The notes under the pieces were generated by a model, which saw nothing but the letters and a program-made list of their open reading frames with translations, was not told the DNA's origin and searched no databases. DNA of 64,000 bases from IMG/VR virus record IMGVR_UViG_3300028833_003296, positions 1-64,000 of that record, one strand, 5' to 3'. Source of the DNA: a virus (lineage: Duplodnaviria > Caudoviricetes). The position numbers and the translations under genes were made by a program. Positions 37,468-46,636 of this stretch are shown here, piece by piece. The first letter of the stretch is position 1; every line of letters starts with the position of its first letter.

Positions 37468-37563
37468 GCTTGCAAATGTTTTGTTTTGTTCGGAAATGTT
37501 CGGGGTTGTTTGGCACTGCCAAAATATCAATATCTTATCCTTTCTTTTTTATGTTAAAAGAAT

Positions 37564-38046
37564 TTAATCGCCTTTTCTGTTGCGACTTTTTTTTCTGAGG
37601 TCGATTCCTCGGCTGGTATAATTGTCGCGCATTCGATAGTAACGTTGCCTGATGGTGTCTGCATAGTCGATGCTGATGCCGTGCTTCTCGCACCAGGCAT
37701 AAATGGCGGTCATGGTCTTACAACCCAAGGCCGACATGTCTCCAAGTTCCACCCATAGGTTTCTGTTGAACAAAAGCTCGCAACATTCCACGACGGCATT
37801 CTTGCCACGTGGCGAAAGGTAGTTGTAATTGGCAGCGGGTTTGGTTTTGCTGTCGGGAATGCGGATGGCCGTCAAGTCGTCGGCGGCTACGTCGGGTTGC
37901 TTGCCTGCTGGCAGACGGTCGATGAAACAGTGAATGGTACCGTTCTCCACGCTCTGTGGCGGAAACTCAACAGGGTTGCCCAACGAATGCTGTAGAAACT
38001 GGCTGACGAAGGGCTGCAGCTTTACATAGATACAAAATTGGCTCAT
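37564..38046 (-). CDS. Hypothetical phage protein (possible late regulator)
   Basis: ORF from MSQFCIYVKL with -7 box TATCTTTG upstream; AW..KHGI...TIRQRYYR helix motif. Confidence 0.55.
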   Translation of the reverse strand: MSQFCIYVKLQPFVSQFLQHSLGNPVEFPPQSVENGTIHCFIDRLPAGKQPDVAADDLTAIRIPDSKTKPAANYNYLSPRGKNAVVECCELLFNRNLWVELGDMSALGCKTMTAIYAWCEKHGISIDYADTIRQRYYRMRDNYTSRGIDLRKKSRNRKGD

Positions 38047-38184
38047 AATCAAGATGTTTAGATGCTGCAAAGATAGCAAGTTTACGGCACTTTTCCAAAG
38101 ATAACGGGAAAATTTCATCATATACATGGAAATTATCTCTCATATTTCCCTCAAAATTTCTCTCGCACGTGTATATATATTTGA

Positions 38185-38403
38185 TGTAGCATTTGTAGCA
38201 TTGTAGCATCAAATACTAATTGATTGATAATCAAAATGTTATGTTTTATACTGATGTTACAATATACTCAAAAGTGCTGCTACATTGCTACAAACTGGGT
38301 GTTTTCGCGTCTCGATGCTACAAAATGCTACAATCGTGCTACAATCATTTACAGAGTTAAACGCTTGATTATCAACGATGCACAAAATGCTACAGATGTT
38401 ACA
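38185..38403. repeat. Putative replication origin (TGCTACA iterons)
   Basis: Three TGTAGCA (38185, 38194, 38202) facing six TGCTACA (38278, 38286, 38316, 38326, 38337, 38388) plus two TGTTACA, around an AT-rich spacer next to the primase gene. Confidence 0.7.
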
Positions 38404-38508
38404 TTCGGTTTTTGCGTATTATCATCAATTCTTTTCGCTTAGAGACGAAAAAAGGCGTCCGACTGGAGCCGAACGCCACTAACGACGAATTGAACAAATA
38501 GCGGTAAT

Positions 38509-41500
38509 TTAGTAAGGTGCCGCTTCCTTTTCTGGTGGTGGAAATGGTAAATCCTCCTCTTTCCTCTCTTCCCTGGCATCTGCCACGTCTTCCATGTCGG
38601 GCAAATCGCCTGTATAACTATCAAGATTGATGCCAAACTTGTCGCTGATCATCTTGTAGTCGAAACATAGCGGGCGGTCTTGATGCCAAATGGTCTTATA
38701 GCCTATCACCTTGTCACCGTCCATCATTTGTTCCAGTATTGCCTGCCCATTGGTGTTGAACTTCTTGAATCTTTCCGGATTAGAGGCGGTACCAAGGTAT
38801 TCTGGTGATATCTGCAAATAGTGAAGGATTGACTCTGAGGGCAACAGTCGTTCGTCCATCTGTCTTCCAAGCTGCCTGTAGGTGGCCAACATGATGTTCT
38901 TTCTTATCATCAGGATTTGGCGGGGTGCCTCGAAGTGGAACGCGTCTTTGCTCTTGTTGGTCTTCAGGCTGTCCTTGGTCTTGATGATATAGTCTTGTCC
39001 ATACATGAAACTGCCTTTTTGCTGGGCACTGCTGATGATGTTCCAGAAGCCCGACACTTCATCGGTGGAAGCGCACATCTCATTCTGCCTGACGATGCCG
39101 TTCACGCAGATAGTGAGCAGGTCTTCGTATGCGAACGGAAAGTCCAACACTCCCTGCAGGGCAAGATAGGCAGAGAGGGGTATAAGCCAGTTGCGCTCGA
39201 TGCGGTCCATAATCTCGCGTCCCTTCAACCTGAATTCAACGTCTGCCTCTGCTTTCTTCCATGCTCCGCCAAACGATGCCTCGAACTTCTCGCGGTGCTT
39301 CAGTATGTCGAGCGTGATATGTGTGGCTCCCATCAGGCGGTAATGCAGCAGTTCAGTGAATCGGTTTCTCTCCTCCTGGGTGTGGTGCTGCTTGTCATAG
39401 GTGAGGTAGATAAGCCGGGTAAACAGGGCGATATCTGCCGTCGGCATTTCCTGACCTGTGATGATCACGCCTGAATCCACGCGAGCTTGCTCACGCTTCT
39501 TGTCCTTGTCCATGTTCATCCTACTTCTACCGATGCCTCCCCACAGGTCTTTCAGCCATTCAATCTTCTTGATGTCAATGCCGTTCTTGTACTCGTCCAG
39601 GTGTATGAGCGCATTGCTCACGCTGGCCACTGCATCGGCCAATGCCGGTACCGATGCCGTTTCGATGTTCTGCGGCTCGTTGTCGGTCATGAAAAATGTC
39701 ATCAACGTCTCTGCCAGTTCGGTCTTTCCCGAACCTTTTGGACCGAAGATGTTCAGCAACGGGAAGAATCTCGCCTTGGGCTTTACGATATCCCTGAACA
39801 AAGTAGCAAGGTAGAACGACAATCCCACCTTCGCATTGTCGCCGAACACTTCTACAATCTTGCTGAAGTATTCGCGTAGGGTGAAGTTGGAATAGTTCTG
39901 GTGACGGAACTTTCTTTCGTTGGTAAACAGTTCGGTGGAGTCCTTATAGAGTTGGCTCATGGCGGGCAGGTAGTATTTGCCAGCCTTCAGGCGAACGATG
40001 CCCATGTTGTCGATGGGCTGCCATTGGCCGTCTTCCTGCGCTCCGTTGCAGAAGCAGAAGAAGCCTTGCTTTTGCCAACCAAGTTGCTTTATCTCTACGG
40101 CGGTCTCTGTCACCTTGGCCAAGTATCTTTGCAACTGTATCAGCGGTTCCTCGCTTGCCAACCACGTGTAGTTACCGATGCCGAGCAGTTTCTTGCGGAG
40201 TGCCTTGGCGGAGGTGAATACCTCCATGTCGAGTTCAATGATTTCCTTCTTGTCTTCTGGATCGTCGTTGTTAATCTCGAACAAGCGCACTGGGCGTATG
40301 TCGTCCTTGATGTGAAAGAGCGGTTTCAAGGTGAAGTTCGACCATTGTATTTCGGCACCCTCCTTGTTGGTACCATAATAGCAATGGTGTTTCTCGATGA
40401 ATCCAAACTGCCTGAGCATGTCGATATCGCCACTCTTGTTGCGTCGGCTCTGCTCTTCCATGCGCCTGCGCTTGGCTGCCTTGAATGCGTTCTGCCACTC
40501 GTCCTTGTGGCCGTAGGTGCCCGATAGCTTGGTGATGTATGCCTTCTGGATGTTCTCGTCGGTAATGAAGACTATCAGGTCGCATATCTTGTTAATCAGC
40601 GACAGGCGGTCCTCGGTGGTGGCTCCGTCATCCCACTCCTTGCGGGCATACCATACCAAGAATTCCTCTTCTCCCATGGTGGAGAACTTGACGGTGTCGG
40701 TGATGTAGCTGTCGGGGTCCAACTTCTTTCCCGTCTCGTTGGGTATCTCGCGCACACTGACGGTAAAGCCTTGCCTTACTGCCAACGAACCGTTCTTGAT
40801 GACGTTCTTGTCACCAGCTCCCATCTTCTCCCCTGCCTTGGGCACGTCGGAGTCGGGAATGAAACAAAGCGTGGCATTGAATCGCCTGAGCATGTCCAAT
40901 TGGCTCTCAGTCCATGCACCGCCGAGCGACGCAACGGTGTTGAGAATGCCGATGCTCTGCAACTTCATCACGTCGGGACCGCCTTCCACCAAGTATAGCT
41001 TTTCCTCCTGGCGTGCCTTGCGTGCGGCGGTGTCGATACCGAAAACGGATTTGTCCTTGTGGTAAATCTCGCTTTCGCTGGAGTTCATGTACTTGCGGTC
41101 TTCATGCTCCGACAATGTGCGGGCCGTCCATCCCGTGATGCGCGAATAGCGGTCGCGGATGGGAATCATCAGCCTGTTGCGGTAGAACGAGTAGAGCTTG
41201 CCCGTCTTCTCGCTCTTGCGGAGCACGCCCATCTCTTCGAGTATCTCCAACTGCAATGCCTTGCCGTCGCACCAGCTGGTGAGGTCGTCCCATGAGTCGG
41301 GCGCAAAACCGATGCGCATCTCCTTGCAGTATTCCTTGTCCCAACGGCTCAACATGTAGCCCTTGGCTGCCTTGGCTTCAGGCGTGTCGGCCTGCAGGCA
41401 CTCCTCGAAGTACTGACAGAGGTAGTCGTTGTAGATAAACATGGTCTCACGTCGCTTCTGCGCTTCCTCCTCCTCTGGCGTAGCCTGGTAGTCGGTCTCC

Positions 41501-41796
41501 TTCAGGTCGATGTGCAATTCATCCTTCAGCAGCTTCTTCACCGCCAACGGGAACGGGAGGTTTTCGGCCTTCATCACGAAGCCGATGACGTTGCCTCCCT
41601 CGTTGCAATTGCCGAAACAATGCCAAGTGCCCTTGGATGGCTGCACACAGAAACTCGGTGTCTTCTCCTCGTGGAACGGGCAACACGCCCAGAGGCGGCC
41701 ACCCTTCTTATGAAACTGACCGCCGATGTAATTAGACACCACGTCTTCGATGTCTATACGGTCGAGAATCATGTCAATGTACTTTTGTTCAATCAT
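38509..41796 (-). CDS. DNA primase-helicase (CHC2 zinc finger, TOPRIM, P-loop)
   Basis: WACCPFHEEKTPSF...WHCFGNC; LVEGGPD...FIPDSD; Walker A FGPKGSGKT, Walker B IHLDEYK. Confidence 0.92.
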   Translation of the reverse strand: MIEQKYIDMILDRIDIEDVVSNYIGGQFHKKGGRLWACCPFHEEKTPSFCVQPSKGTWHCFGNCNEGGNVIGFVMKAENLPFPLAVKKLLKDELHIDLKETDYQATPEEEEAQKRRETMFIYNDYLCQYFEECLQADTPEAKAAKGYMLSRWDKEYCKEMRIGFAPDSWDDLTSWCDGKALQLEILEEMGVLRKSEKTGKLYSFYRNRLMIPIRDRYSRITGWTARTLSEHEDRKYMNSSESEIYHKDKSVFGIDTAARKARQEEKLYLVEGGPDVMKLQSIGILNTVASLGGAWTESQLDMLRRFNATLCFIPDSDVPKAGEKMGAGDKNVIKNGSLAVRQGFTVSVREIPNETGKKLDPDSYITDTVKFSTMGEEEFLVWYARKEWDDGATTEDRLSLINKICDLIVFITDENIQKAYITKLSGTYGHKDEWQNAFKAAKRRRMEEQSRRNKSGDIDMLRQFGFIEKHHCYYGTNKEGAEIQWSNFTLKPLFHIKDDIRPVRLFEINNDDPEDKKEIIELDMEVFTSAKALRKKLLGIGNYTWLASEEPLIQLQRYLAKVTETAVEIKQLGWQKQGFFCFCNGAQEDGQWQPIDNMGIVRLKAGKYYLPAMSQLYKDSTELFTNERKFRHQNYSNFTLREYFSKIVEVFGDNAKVGLSFYLATLFRDIVKPKARFFPLLNIFGPKGSGKTELAETLMTFFMTDNEPQNIETASVPALADAVASVSNALIHLDEYKNGIDIKKIEWLKDLWGGIGRSRMNMDKDKKREQARVDSGVIITGQEMPTADIALFTRLIYLTYDKQHHTQEERNRFTELLHYRLMGATHITLDILKHREKFEASFGGAWKKAEADVEFRLKGREIMDRIERNWLIPLSAYLALQGVLDFPFAYEDLLTICVNGIVRQNEMCASTDEVSGFWNIISSAQQKGSFMYGQDYIIKTKDSLKTNKSKDAFHFEAPRQILMIRKNIMLATYRQLGRQMDERLLPSESILHYLQISPEYLGTASNPERFKKFNTNGQAILEQMMDGDKVIGYKTIWHQDRPLCFDYKMISDKFGINLDSYTGDLPDMEDVADAREERKEEDLPFPPPEKEAAPY

Positions 41797-41854
41797 CGTC
41801 TTTTAATTTCTTGGTGCAAATATAGAAACATGTCCTTTTTTCCGAAAAATACCG

Positions 41855-41925
41855 TTTAACAAATTTTTTGGCTATATCTTTGGCGATTATATATACAATT
41901 TTCGGCAAAGATATATGCAATAATC
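41855..41925 (+). repeat. 71-bp exact direct repeat, copy 2
   Basis: Identical to 30452-30522; lies just upstream of the primase promoter. Confidence 0.92.
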
Positions 41926-42162
41926 CGGAAAGATTGGATATGCTGTTTCACCGTTCTCACTCTCGCTTGACTATCTGCATTTTCCTGATTGCAGGCACAC
42001 GTGATTTCTTTCGCAAAAAAAAATTGCGAAACAAGTAAAAATATATTTGATTTTGTTTGCGTATTTCAAATGGTTTTCGTACCTTTGTATTGTCAATGAG
42101 AGACAAGCAGAGGAATCCGAAAATCTTGAAAAGAGTAGGAAAAACGAAAACCCGAAAGCCTT

Positions 42163-42225
42163 ATGGAAGCCACAATTTTCATTAGGATTTGGAAATTCAA
42201 AATCAAACTCAAAGTTTGGATTTGA
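42163..42225 (+). CDS. 20-aa basic/hydrophobic peptide MEATIFIRIWKFKIKLKVWI
   Basis: ATG at 42163, TGA at 42223; sense -7 box TACCTTTG at 42080; ORF enclosed by a 12-bp IR (42145-42156 / 42255-42266). Confidence 0.5.
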   Translation: MEATIFIRIWKFKIKLKVWI

Positions 42226-42312
42226 GAACCAAAGGGAGGGGAAACCCTCCCACCTTCGGGTTTTCGATGCAAAGATAGTCATATTTTTACTAACAACAAA
42301 ATTTTTAACGCT

Positions 42313-42519
42313 ATGGAATTTCACGCTGAAATCGAAATGCCAGAAAAGAAATCTGGAAGAGGTGGCGCACGCGAAGGTGCGGGACGCAAACGCAAGGGAG
42401 TGCATTACTATGGATTCAGGGCAACCCAAGAGGTGCACGACATCCTCTCGAAAGTAAATGGCTCCAAAGCCGACTTTATCAACCAGTGCATCATTAAGGC
42501 TGTTGGCAACGGTGAATAA
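42313..42519 (+). CDS. Small DNA-binding protein with GGAREGAGRK motif (RHH-like C-terminus)
   Basis: RGGAREGAGRK followed by a beta-helix-helix pattern (YYGFRATQEVHDIL...KADFINQCIIKA). Confidence 0.7.
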   Translation: MEFHAEIEMPEKKSGRGGAREGAGRKRKGVHYYGFRATQEVHDILSKVNGSKADFINQCIIKAVGNGE

Positions 42520-42689
42520 ATACACGGGAATAGTTTGTTTGTATATAATATCATTAGCCATCTTGTACACCTTTCCTCTTGAACGTTCAAGGTTCTCAAC
42601 CCTCCCTGTGCCAAGGTCTTGTTGTTTTTTATCTTGCAAGGTTCGCTTTTTGAGAACCTCTTGCACCAAGACCAAGGCACTTTTTTCGG

Positions 42690-42923
42690 TCACCTTTCAA
42701 TAATATCTTGCAATGTACTGATGATGTCATCTAAGTTGCTTGCAGCATCTTCAAGGTCGCTGACATTATCAGACATAGATTCACCACGTTCTGAGTTTTG
42801 GATGGATTCAGGCAAATTGTCGTATGCCTCCTGTTCCTCTTCACCCACATTCTCAATGTCATTTTTGAGCGATTCAAGCTCAGAAATGATTTTTTCTATT
42901 CTGCTTCTTCTTTCCTTATTCAT
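42690..42923 (-). CDS. Conserved phage coiled-coil hypothetical protein
   Basis: MNKERR...EEQEAYDNLPESIQ.SERGE motif. Confidence 0.7.
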   Translation of the reverse strand: MNKERRSRIEKIISELESLKNDIENVGEEEQEAYDNLPESIQNSERGESMSDNVSDLEDAASNLDDIISTLQDIIER

Positions 42924-43273
42924 GGCTTATCCTCCTTTTCTTCAAATTCTACACACATAGGGTCACTTCCATAACTGCCGCACTCAATGATATCACAGTT
43001 ACCCCATGCGTTCTCGTCTTTTACGTCGTCACTGTCCTTATCCTTATGCCAATGCTTACAGTTCTTGCATATCAGTATCTCAGAAACACTGTTGATATAT
43101 TTGTCAGTAGTGTTCACGCAATGGATAGTATTCGGGGCATCGGCAATATTCTTGTCAGCACAGTGGCTACAAAGCTCGTGAGTTTCATCCACCCACCAAC
43201 AATAACCATGTTCAGGATTGTGACACGGATCTGTTTCCGTACAACCACATTTCTTACAAACTCCGTATGGCAT
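42920..43273 (-). CDS. Cys-rich (zinc-binding) hypothetical protein
   Basis: CKKCGC, CSHC and CKNCKHW motifs. Confidence 0.6.
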   Translation of the reverse strand: MPYGVCKKCGCTETDPCHNPEHGYCWWVDETHELCSHCADKNIADAPNTIHCVNTTDKYINSVSEILICKNCKHWHKDKDSDDVKDENAWGNCDIIECGSYGSDPMCVEFEEKEDKP

Positions 43274-43282
43274 ATTACCTCC

Positions 43283-43471
43283 TTAATCCCAAACTGAGAA
43301 ATAATGCCTCCCATCAGGGCTGATGGCATCGCCAGCTTCCGGGCCACCGCCATTAAACCCGTCAGGGTTACGCACATCTGTTGCTCCTGGTCCCAACTCT
43401 GAGCCCTGCAACAGCCCGATTACAGTTGCCATAACGTAGACGGCTGGCTTCTGATACTTTTTCTTGCTCAT
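43283..43471 (-). CDS. Small peptide with YxKP...LLxGS leader-like motif
   Basis: MSKKKYQKPAVYVMATVIGLLQGS-...-YFSVWD; similar to 49311..49499. Confidence 0.6.
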   Translation of the reverse strand: MSKKKYQKPAVYVMATVIGLLQGSELGPGATDVRNPDGFNGGGPEAGDAISPDGRHYFSVWD

Positions 43472-43481
43472 AAACTCGTCA

Positions 43482-43802
43482 TTACAGTTTGTCCAATATT
43501 TCGTTCACCATGTCATCCACCTTCCGCTCCAGCGCGATGGATGCCCTCAGTGCCTCCTGGCTGCGCGTCTTGAAGTAGGCCTTTTGGAGCCTTCGCATTC
43601 CCTCTACCTCCTTGGCCAATACAAGGCCATCCGGGAAAGGCAACTTGTCAACGGGCCTCCTGTCCAGCTCCCTCTGGACCGGGAGCCACACCCGCCTGTC
43701 CTCCAAGCTCGCACCTCTCACCATGTTCATGAAGGAAACCAAATCGTCACCCTCAATCCCCTCGATGTACACTCTTAATTTTTTGTCTATTGTAACTCTC
43801 AT
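43482..43802 (-). CDS. Hypothetical protein
   Basis: MRRLQKAYFKTR...SIALE..VD motif; in operon. Confidence 0.6.
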   Translation of the reverse strand: MRVTIDKKLRVYIEGIEGDDLVSFMNMVRGASLEDRRVWLPVQRELDRRPVDKLPFPDGLVLAKEVEGMRRLQKAYFKTRSQEALRASIALERKVDDMVNEILDKL

Positions 43803-43819
43803 AACATCCTACTTTAGAG

Positions 43820-44191
43820 TTAATTTATTAATTTGATTTGATATCGCTCTGAAAATAATTCCTTTGCCCAATCTGGAGCATGGTTTAAAAAAACTGCATC
43901 GTTATGTGGTTCGTTATCTGCGTTTTCAAGAAACGTCTCAAGTTCTTTTACGTATTTCTTTACGAGAACTACCAAATCGGCATCAGGAACCTCACTACCT
44001 TGTATATGATACACCTGTTCAATATGATTAATGTCTTGCAAATATTTCATATTATACACAAGTTGTTCATTGTTGCCATGAACGTAGGTGACGGCAAGAA
44101 TACGCGCAGCAGTGTCGCGTCGGATTGCTGGTACTCCGATGTTTTTAAATGCATCGAGCCAATTCTTGTAGATATTCTCTTCACATTTCAT
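43820..44191 (-). CDS. Hypothetical protein (AT-rich)
   Basis: 123-aa ORF coupled to the serine recombinase. Confidence 0.6.
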   Translation of the reverse strand: MKCEENIYKNWLDAFKNIGVPAIRRDTAARILAVTYVHGNNEQLVYNMKYLQDINHIEQVYHIQGSEVPDADLVVLVKKYVKELETFLENADNEPHNDAVFLNHAPDWAKELFSERYQIKLIN

Positions 44192-44192
44192 T

Positions 44193-45071
44193 TCAACGCT
44201 TTCCTTTCCTTAATTTCAATTGTCCATGCTTTCTATATAGATTATTTAAATCAGAATCACAAAGAATTGTGTCATACACCTGTTCGTAGGTGTAGTTTTT
44301 CATTGTGTCTGCAATCTGGGGAATGGTAAGGTCACATTCTATTTTTTTTATCATTTCCTCACGTTGAGTATCGTTAAGTGTAATGATTTGGTATTCACCA
44401 TCCTTGTATTTACTTTCCCTTTCGATTTTTTGCTTCCGTTCTTGTTTTTCAATCATGGCACTACGTTTGATTCCCCATCTGTGTAGCCATCGAGTAATTG
44501 TATTGCGGTCAACGTTGAAGTTTTCGGCAAGTCTTCGCTCTGGAACTCCCCATTTGTATTGCTCAATTACCTTTTCTTTTTGTTCTGGCGTACACATTAC
44601 GTCATCTGCTGTGCGAGAGCCTACAGGTCGTCCAAGTAAAATTCCAAGTTTCATCCTAAGTTTTAATCCTTCCTTGGTACGTTGCCGAATCATTTGCCTT
44701 TCAATTTCTGCAGCGAGGCCAAAAGCAAATGCTAATACTTTCGATTGGATATCGTCATCGAGAGAAAAGTTGTCTTTAACTGTGTATATTTTGCATCCAA
44801 CTTTCATGCAGAAATGAAGAATATCCATTACCATGTATAAGTCACGCCCTAAGCGGCTTATTTCAGCAGCAATAACAATATCATCCTTCTTTAATTTATT
44901 TAAGAGCGGTCCGAGGTTTCTCTTGTTTGGGTCTTTACCGCCGCTAACACCTTCATCTGTTATGAATTCGTCAATTTTCCAGTTTTTATCTTCGGCGAAT
45001 TTCACAACTCCTTGTTTTTGCGAGTTAACGTCCTGTTCATCAGACGATACCCTTAAATATCCATATATCAT
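44193..45071 (-). CDS. Serine recombinase (resolvase/invertase family) with extended C-terminus
   Basis: YGYLRVSSDEQ (catalytic Ser), DEGVSG, EISRLGR, AEIERQMIRQRTKEGL, GRP, HTH ERRLAENFNVDRNTITRWL, plus about 90 extra residues. Confidence 0.9.
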   Translation of the reverse strand: MIYGYLRVSSDEQDVNSQKQGVVKFAEDKNWKIDEFITDEGVSGGKDPNKRNLGPLLNKLKKDDIVIAAEISRLGRDLYMVMDILHFCMKVGCKIYTVKDNFSLDDDIQSKVLAFAFGLAAEIERQMIRQRTKEGLKLRMKLGILLGRPVGSRTADDVMCTPEQKEKVIEQYKWGVPERRLAENFNVDRNTITRWLHRWGIKRSAMIEKQERKQKIERESKYKDGEYQIITLNDTQREEMIKKIECDLTIPQIADTMKNYTYEQVYDTILCDSDLNNLYRKHGQLKLRKGKR

Positions 45072-45132
45072 GTCGTTTCCCTTTCCTTTGGCATTTCATG
45101 TTTAGAAAAATATCCTTGTCTCTTGTCTGCTC

Positions 45133-45345
45133 TTATTGCTGACTTTTGGTACCATATTCCCTGATGATCAGCTCTACATGCACGGGCGAATTGTCGAATC
45201 TCACTTCAGGAAAGTCCGAATCACGGAGCTTCATGTTCTCACCGAAATTAGTCCATATTCCACCCTCACACTTGGGCTTGTACTGCCCGATGTAAAGATC
45301 CACGTCTTCATCCCTTGCCATCCAACCTTCTAATATTCTCTTCAT
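45133..45345 (-). CDS. Hypothetical protein
   Basis: WMARDED..L motif and FPEVRFDNSP.HVEL; in operon. Confidence 0.55.
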   Translation of the reverse strand: MKRILEGWMARDEDVDLYIGQYKPKCEGGIWTNFGENMKLRDSDFPEVRFDNSPVHVELIIREYGTKSQQ

Positions 45346-45357
45346 GATTGTTCCTCC

Positions 45358-45774
45358 CTACAGTTCCAAGTCACATACTCCTTCTTCCTCAATGTATCTC
45401 TTGCATCCGTCGCATTCCTCCCTCTCTGGATAGGGGCAAACAGTCTCTTCCACGTACAAACCATGCACGGGTTTATCTTCTTCTTCGAAATTCAGGTCGA
45501 GACTGTCGTCTCTCATCACTGGCACACCATTGATGGTAACACCAAGCACTTGCCCGTTCTTGTCACGGTAGATTTCAATGTTAACGTCGTTTACTTCCTC
45601 TGGCCACTCAAAAGAAGACAACACAAGAGCCTTGCCTTTAGAATCGTACACGATAATGTCATAGTCGGAATTACCGCCACACAGGAACCACTTAACATGA
45701 TTCTTCTCCAGTCTCACCTCTTTCATTTCTAAGCCAATCTTTTCAATGGCTTTCTCAAATTCATTTACTCTCAT
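45358..45774 (-). CDS. Hypothetical protein
   Basis: Start placed at MRVNEF (45774), overlapping the upstream small ORF; C-terminal C..C..C motif. Confidence 0.55.
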   Translation of the reverse strand: MRVNEFEKAIEKIGLEMKEVRLEKNHVKWFLCGGNSDYDIIVYDSKGKALVLSSFEWPEEVNDVNIEIYRDKNGQVLGVTINGVPVMRDDSLDLNFEEEDKPVHGLYVEETVCPYPEREECDGCKRYIEEEGVCDLEL

Positions 45775-45880
45775 CACAAATCTTATTTTTAGAATATTCA
45801 ATGTATTCGTTACACTTCAAGCAATAAGCACCATTGATGCAGTTGCGCTTTGACTCGCAAATATTACAGTCTTGATGCAT
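45761..45880 (-). CDS. 39-aa Cys-rich protein missing from the ORF track
   Basis: MHQDCNICESKRNCINGAYCLKCNEYIEYSKNKICDESK*; fills the gap exactly between flanking genes. Confidence 0.55.
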   Translation of the reverse strand: MHQDCNICESKRNCINGAYCLKCNEYIEYSKNKICDESK

Positions 45881-45881
45881 A

Positions 45882-46436
45882 CTACAATGTGTTGAGTCGC
45901 ATAACCTTGATAATCTCCCTGCAGTTCTTGGTTCCCAACTTATTCTTGATATTGTGGAGCTGAACCTTTACCGTCTGTGGAGCCTTGCCCAAACGCCGTG
46001 CAATCTCGGTGAACGTGTAGCCGTAAAGGTAGAGTTGCACAACTTCTTTCTCAGCTGGAGAGAGCTTGGTTAAACTCTGCGGTTTACAAATGATGTTTTC
46101 ATCCTTGCAAACTCCACGAAGCGGACATCTCACTTCCTCGAAATTCAAGATGTCGTTTGACATGTCTGGAGTCAACGTGTCAAGCTCGCCAAAGTTGCAT
46201 CGGATGAATCTCTCCACGATTTGGAATGCGGAGATGTCTTTGTCGGCGGCACTATTTGACTTCGGAGGATATAACAGTCTCAACCTTGACCATGCGCCAG
46301 GAAACCTGTTGCTGATGATCTGGATCATCCTTCCGCACAACTCCTTGTTGAATCTCGTCAACCGATTTTCGGTTCCGCCATTCTTCGAGAAGTACACATT
46401 TCCGTCTGGAGACACTCTGAACTCTATTGTTTCCAT
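45882..46436 (-). CDS. LuxR-type C-terminal HTH regulator
   Basis: LSPAEKEVVQLYLYGYTFTEIARRLGKAPQTVKVQLHNIKNKLG; internal E.V.CPLRG.C motif. Confidence 0.8.
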   Translation of the reverse strand: METIEFRVSPDGNVYFSKNGGTENRLTRFNKELCGRMIQIISNRFPGAWSRLRLLYPPKSNSAADKDISAFQIVERFIRCNFGELDTLTPDMSNDILNFEEVRCPLRGVCKDENIICKPQSLTKLSPAEKEVVQLYLYGYTFTEIARRLGKAPQTVKVQLHNIKNKLGTKNCREIIKVMRLNTL

Positions 46437-46636
46437 GACTCTTCCTGTATCGTTCTTATCAAGTTCTCGCGCTCATCGCGTCGAAGCTCGCTAACGGGGT
46501 TCTCCCTCAACTTGCCCGACATTGTTGCAGGTGGATATTCATACCTGAAATTTAGGTATCTCAGAAACTTTCCCTTCTCTTTCTTAGTGAGACTTTGGTA
46601 ATAAACCGTTGGGTCAATAACTTCATTTTTACTCAT
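46424..46636 (-). CDS. Cro-like early protein
   Basis: First gene of the leftward operon, divergent from the repressors. Confidence 0.55.
   Translation of the reverse strand: MSKNEVIDPTVYYQSLTKKEKGKFLRYLNFRYEYPPATMSGKLRENPVSELRRDERENLIRTIQEESWKQ

Noticed and set aside
41971-42693. 240-aa minus-strand and 136-aa plus-strand ORFs
   Set aside because: They span promoters, hairpins and the better-supported 42163 and 42313 ORFs, and their composition is not protein-like.
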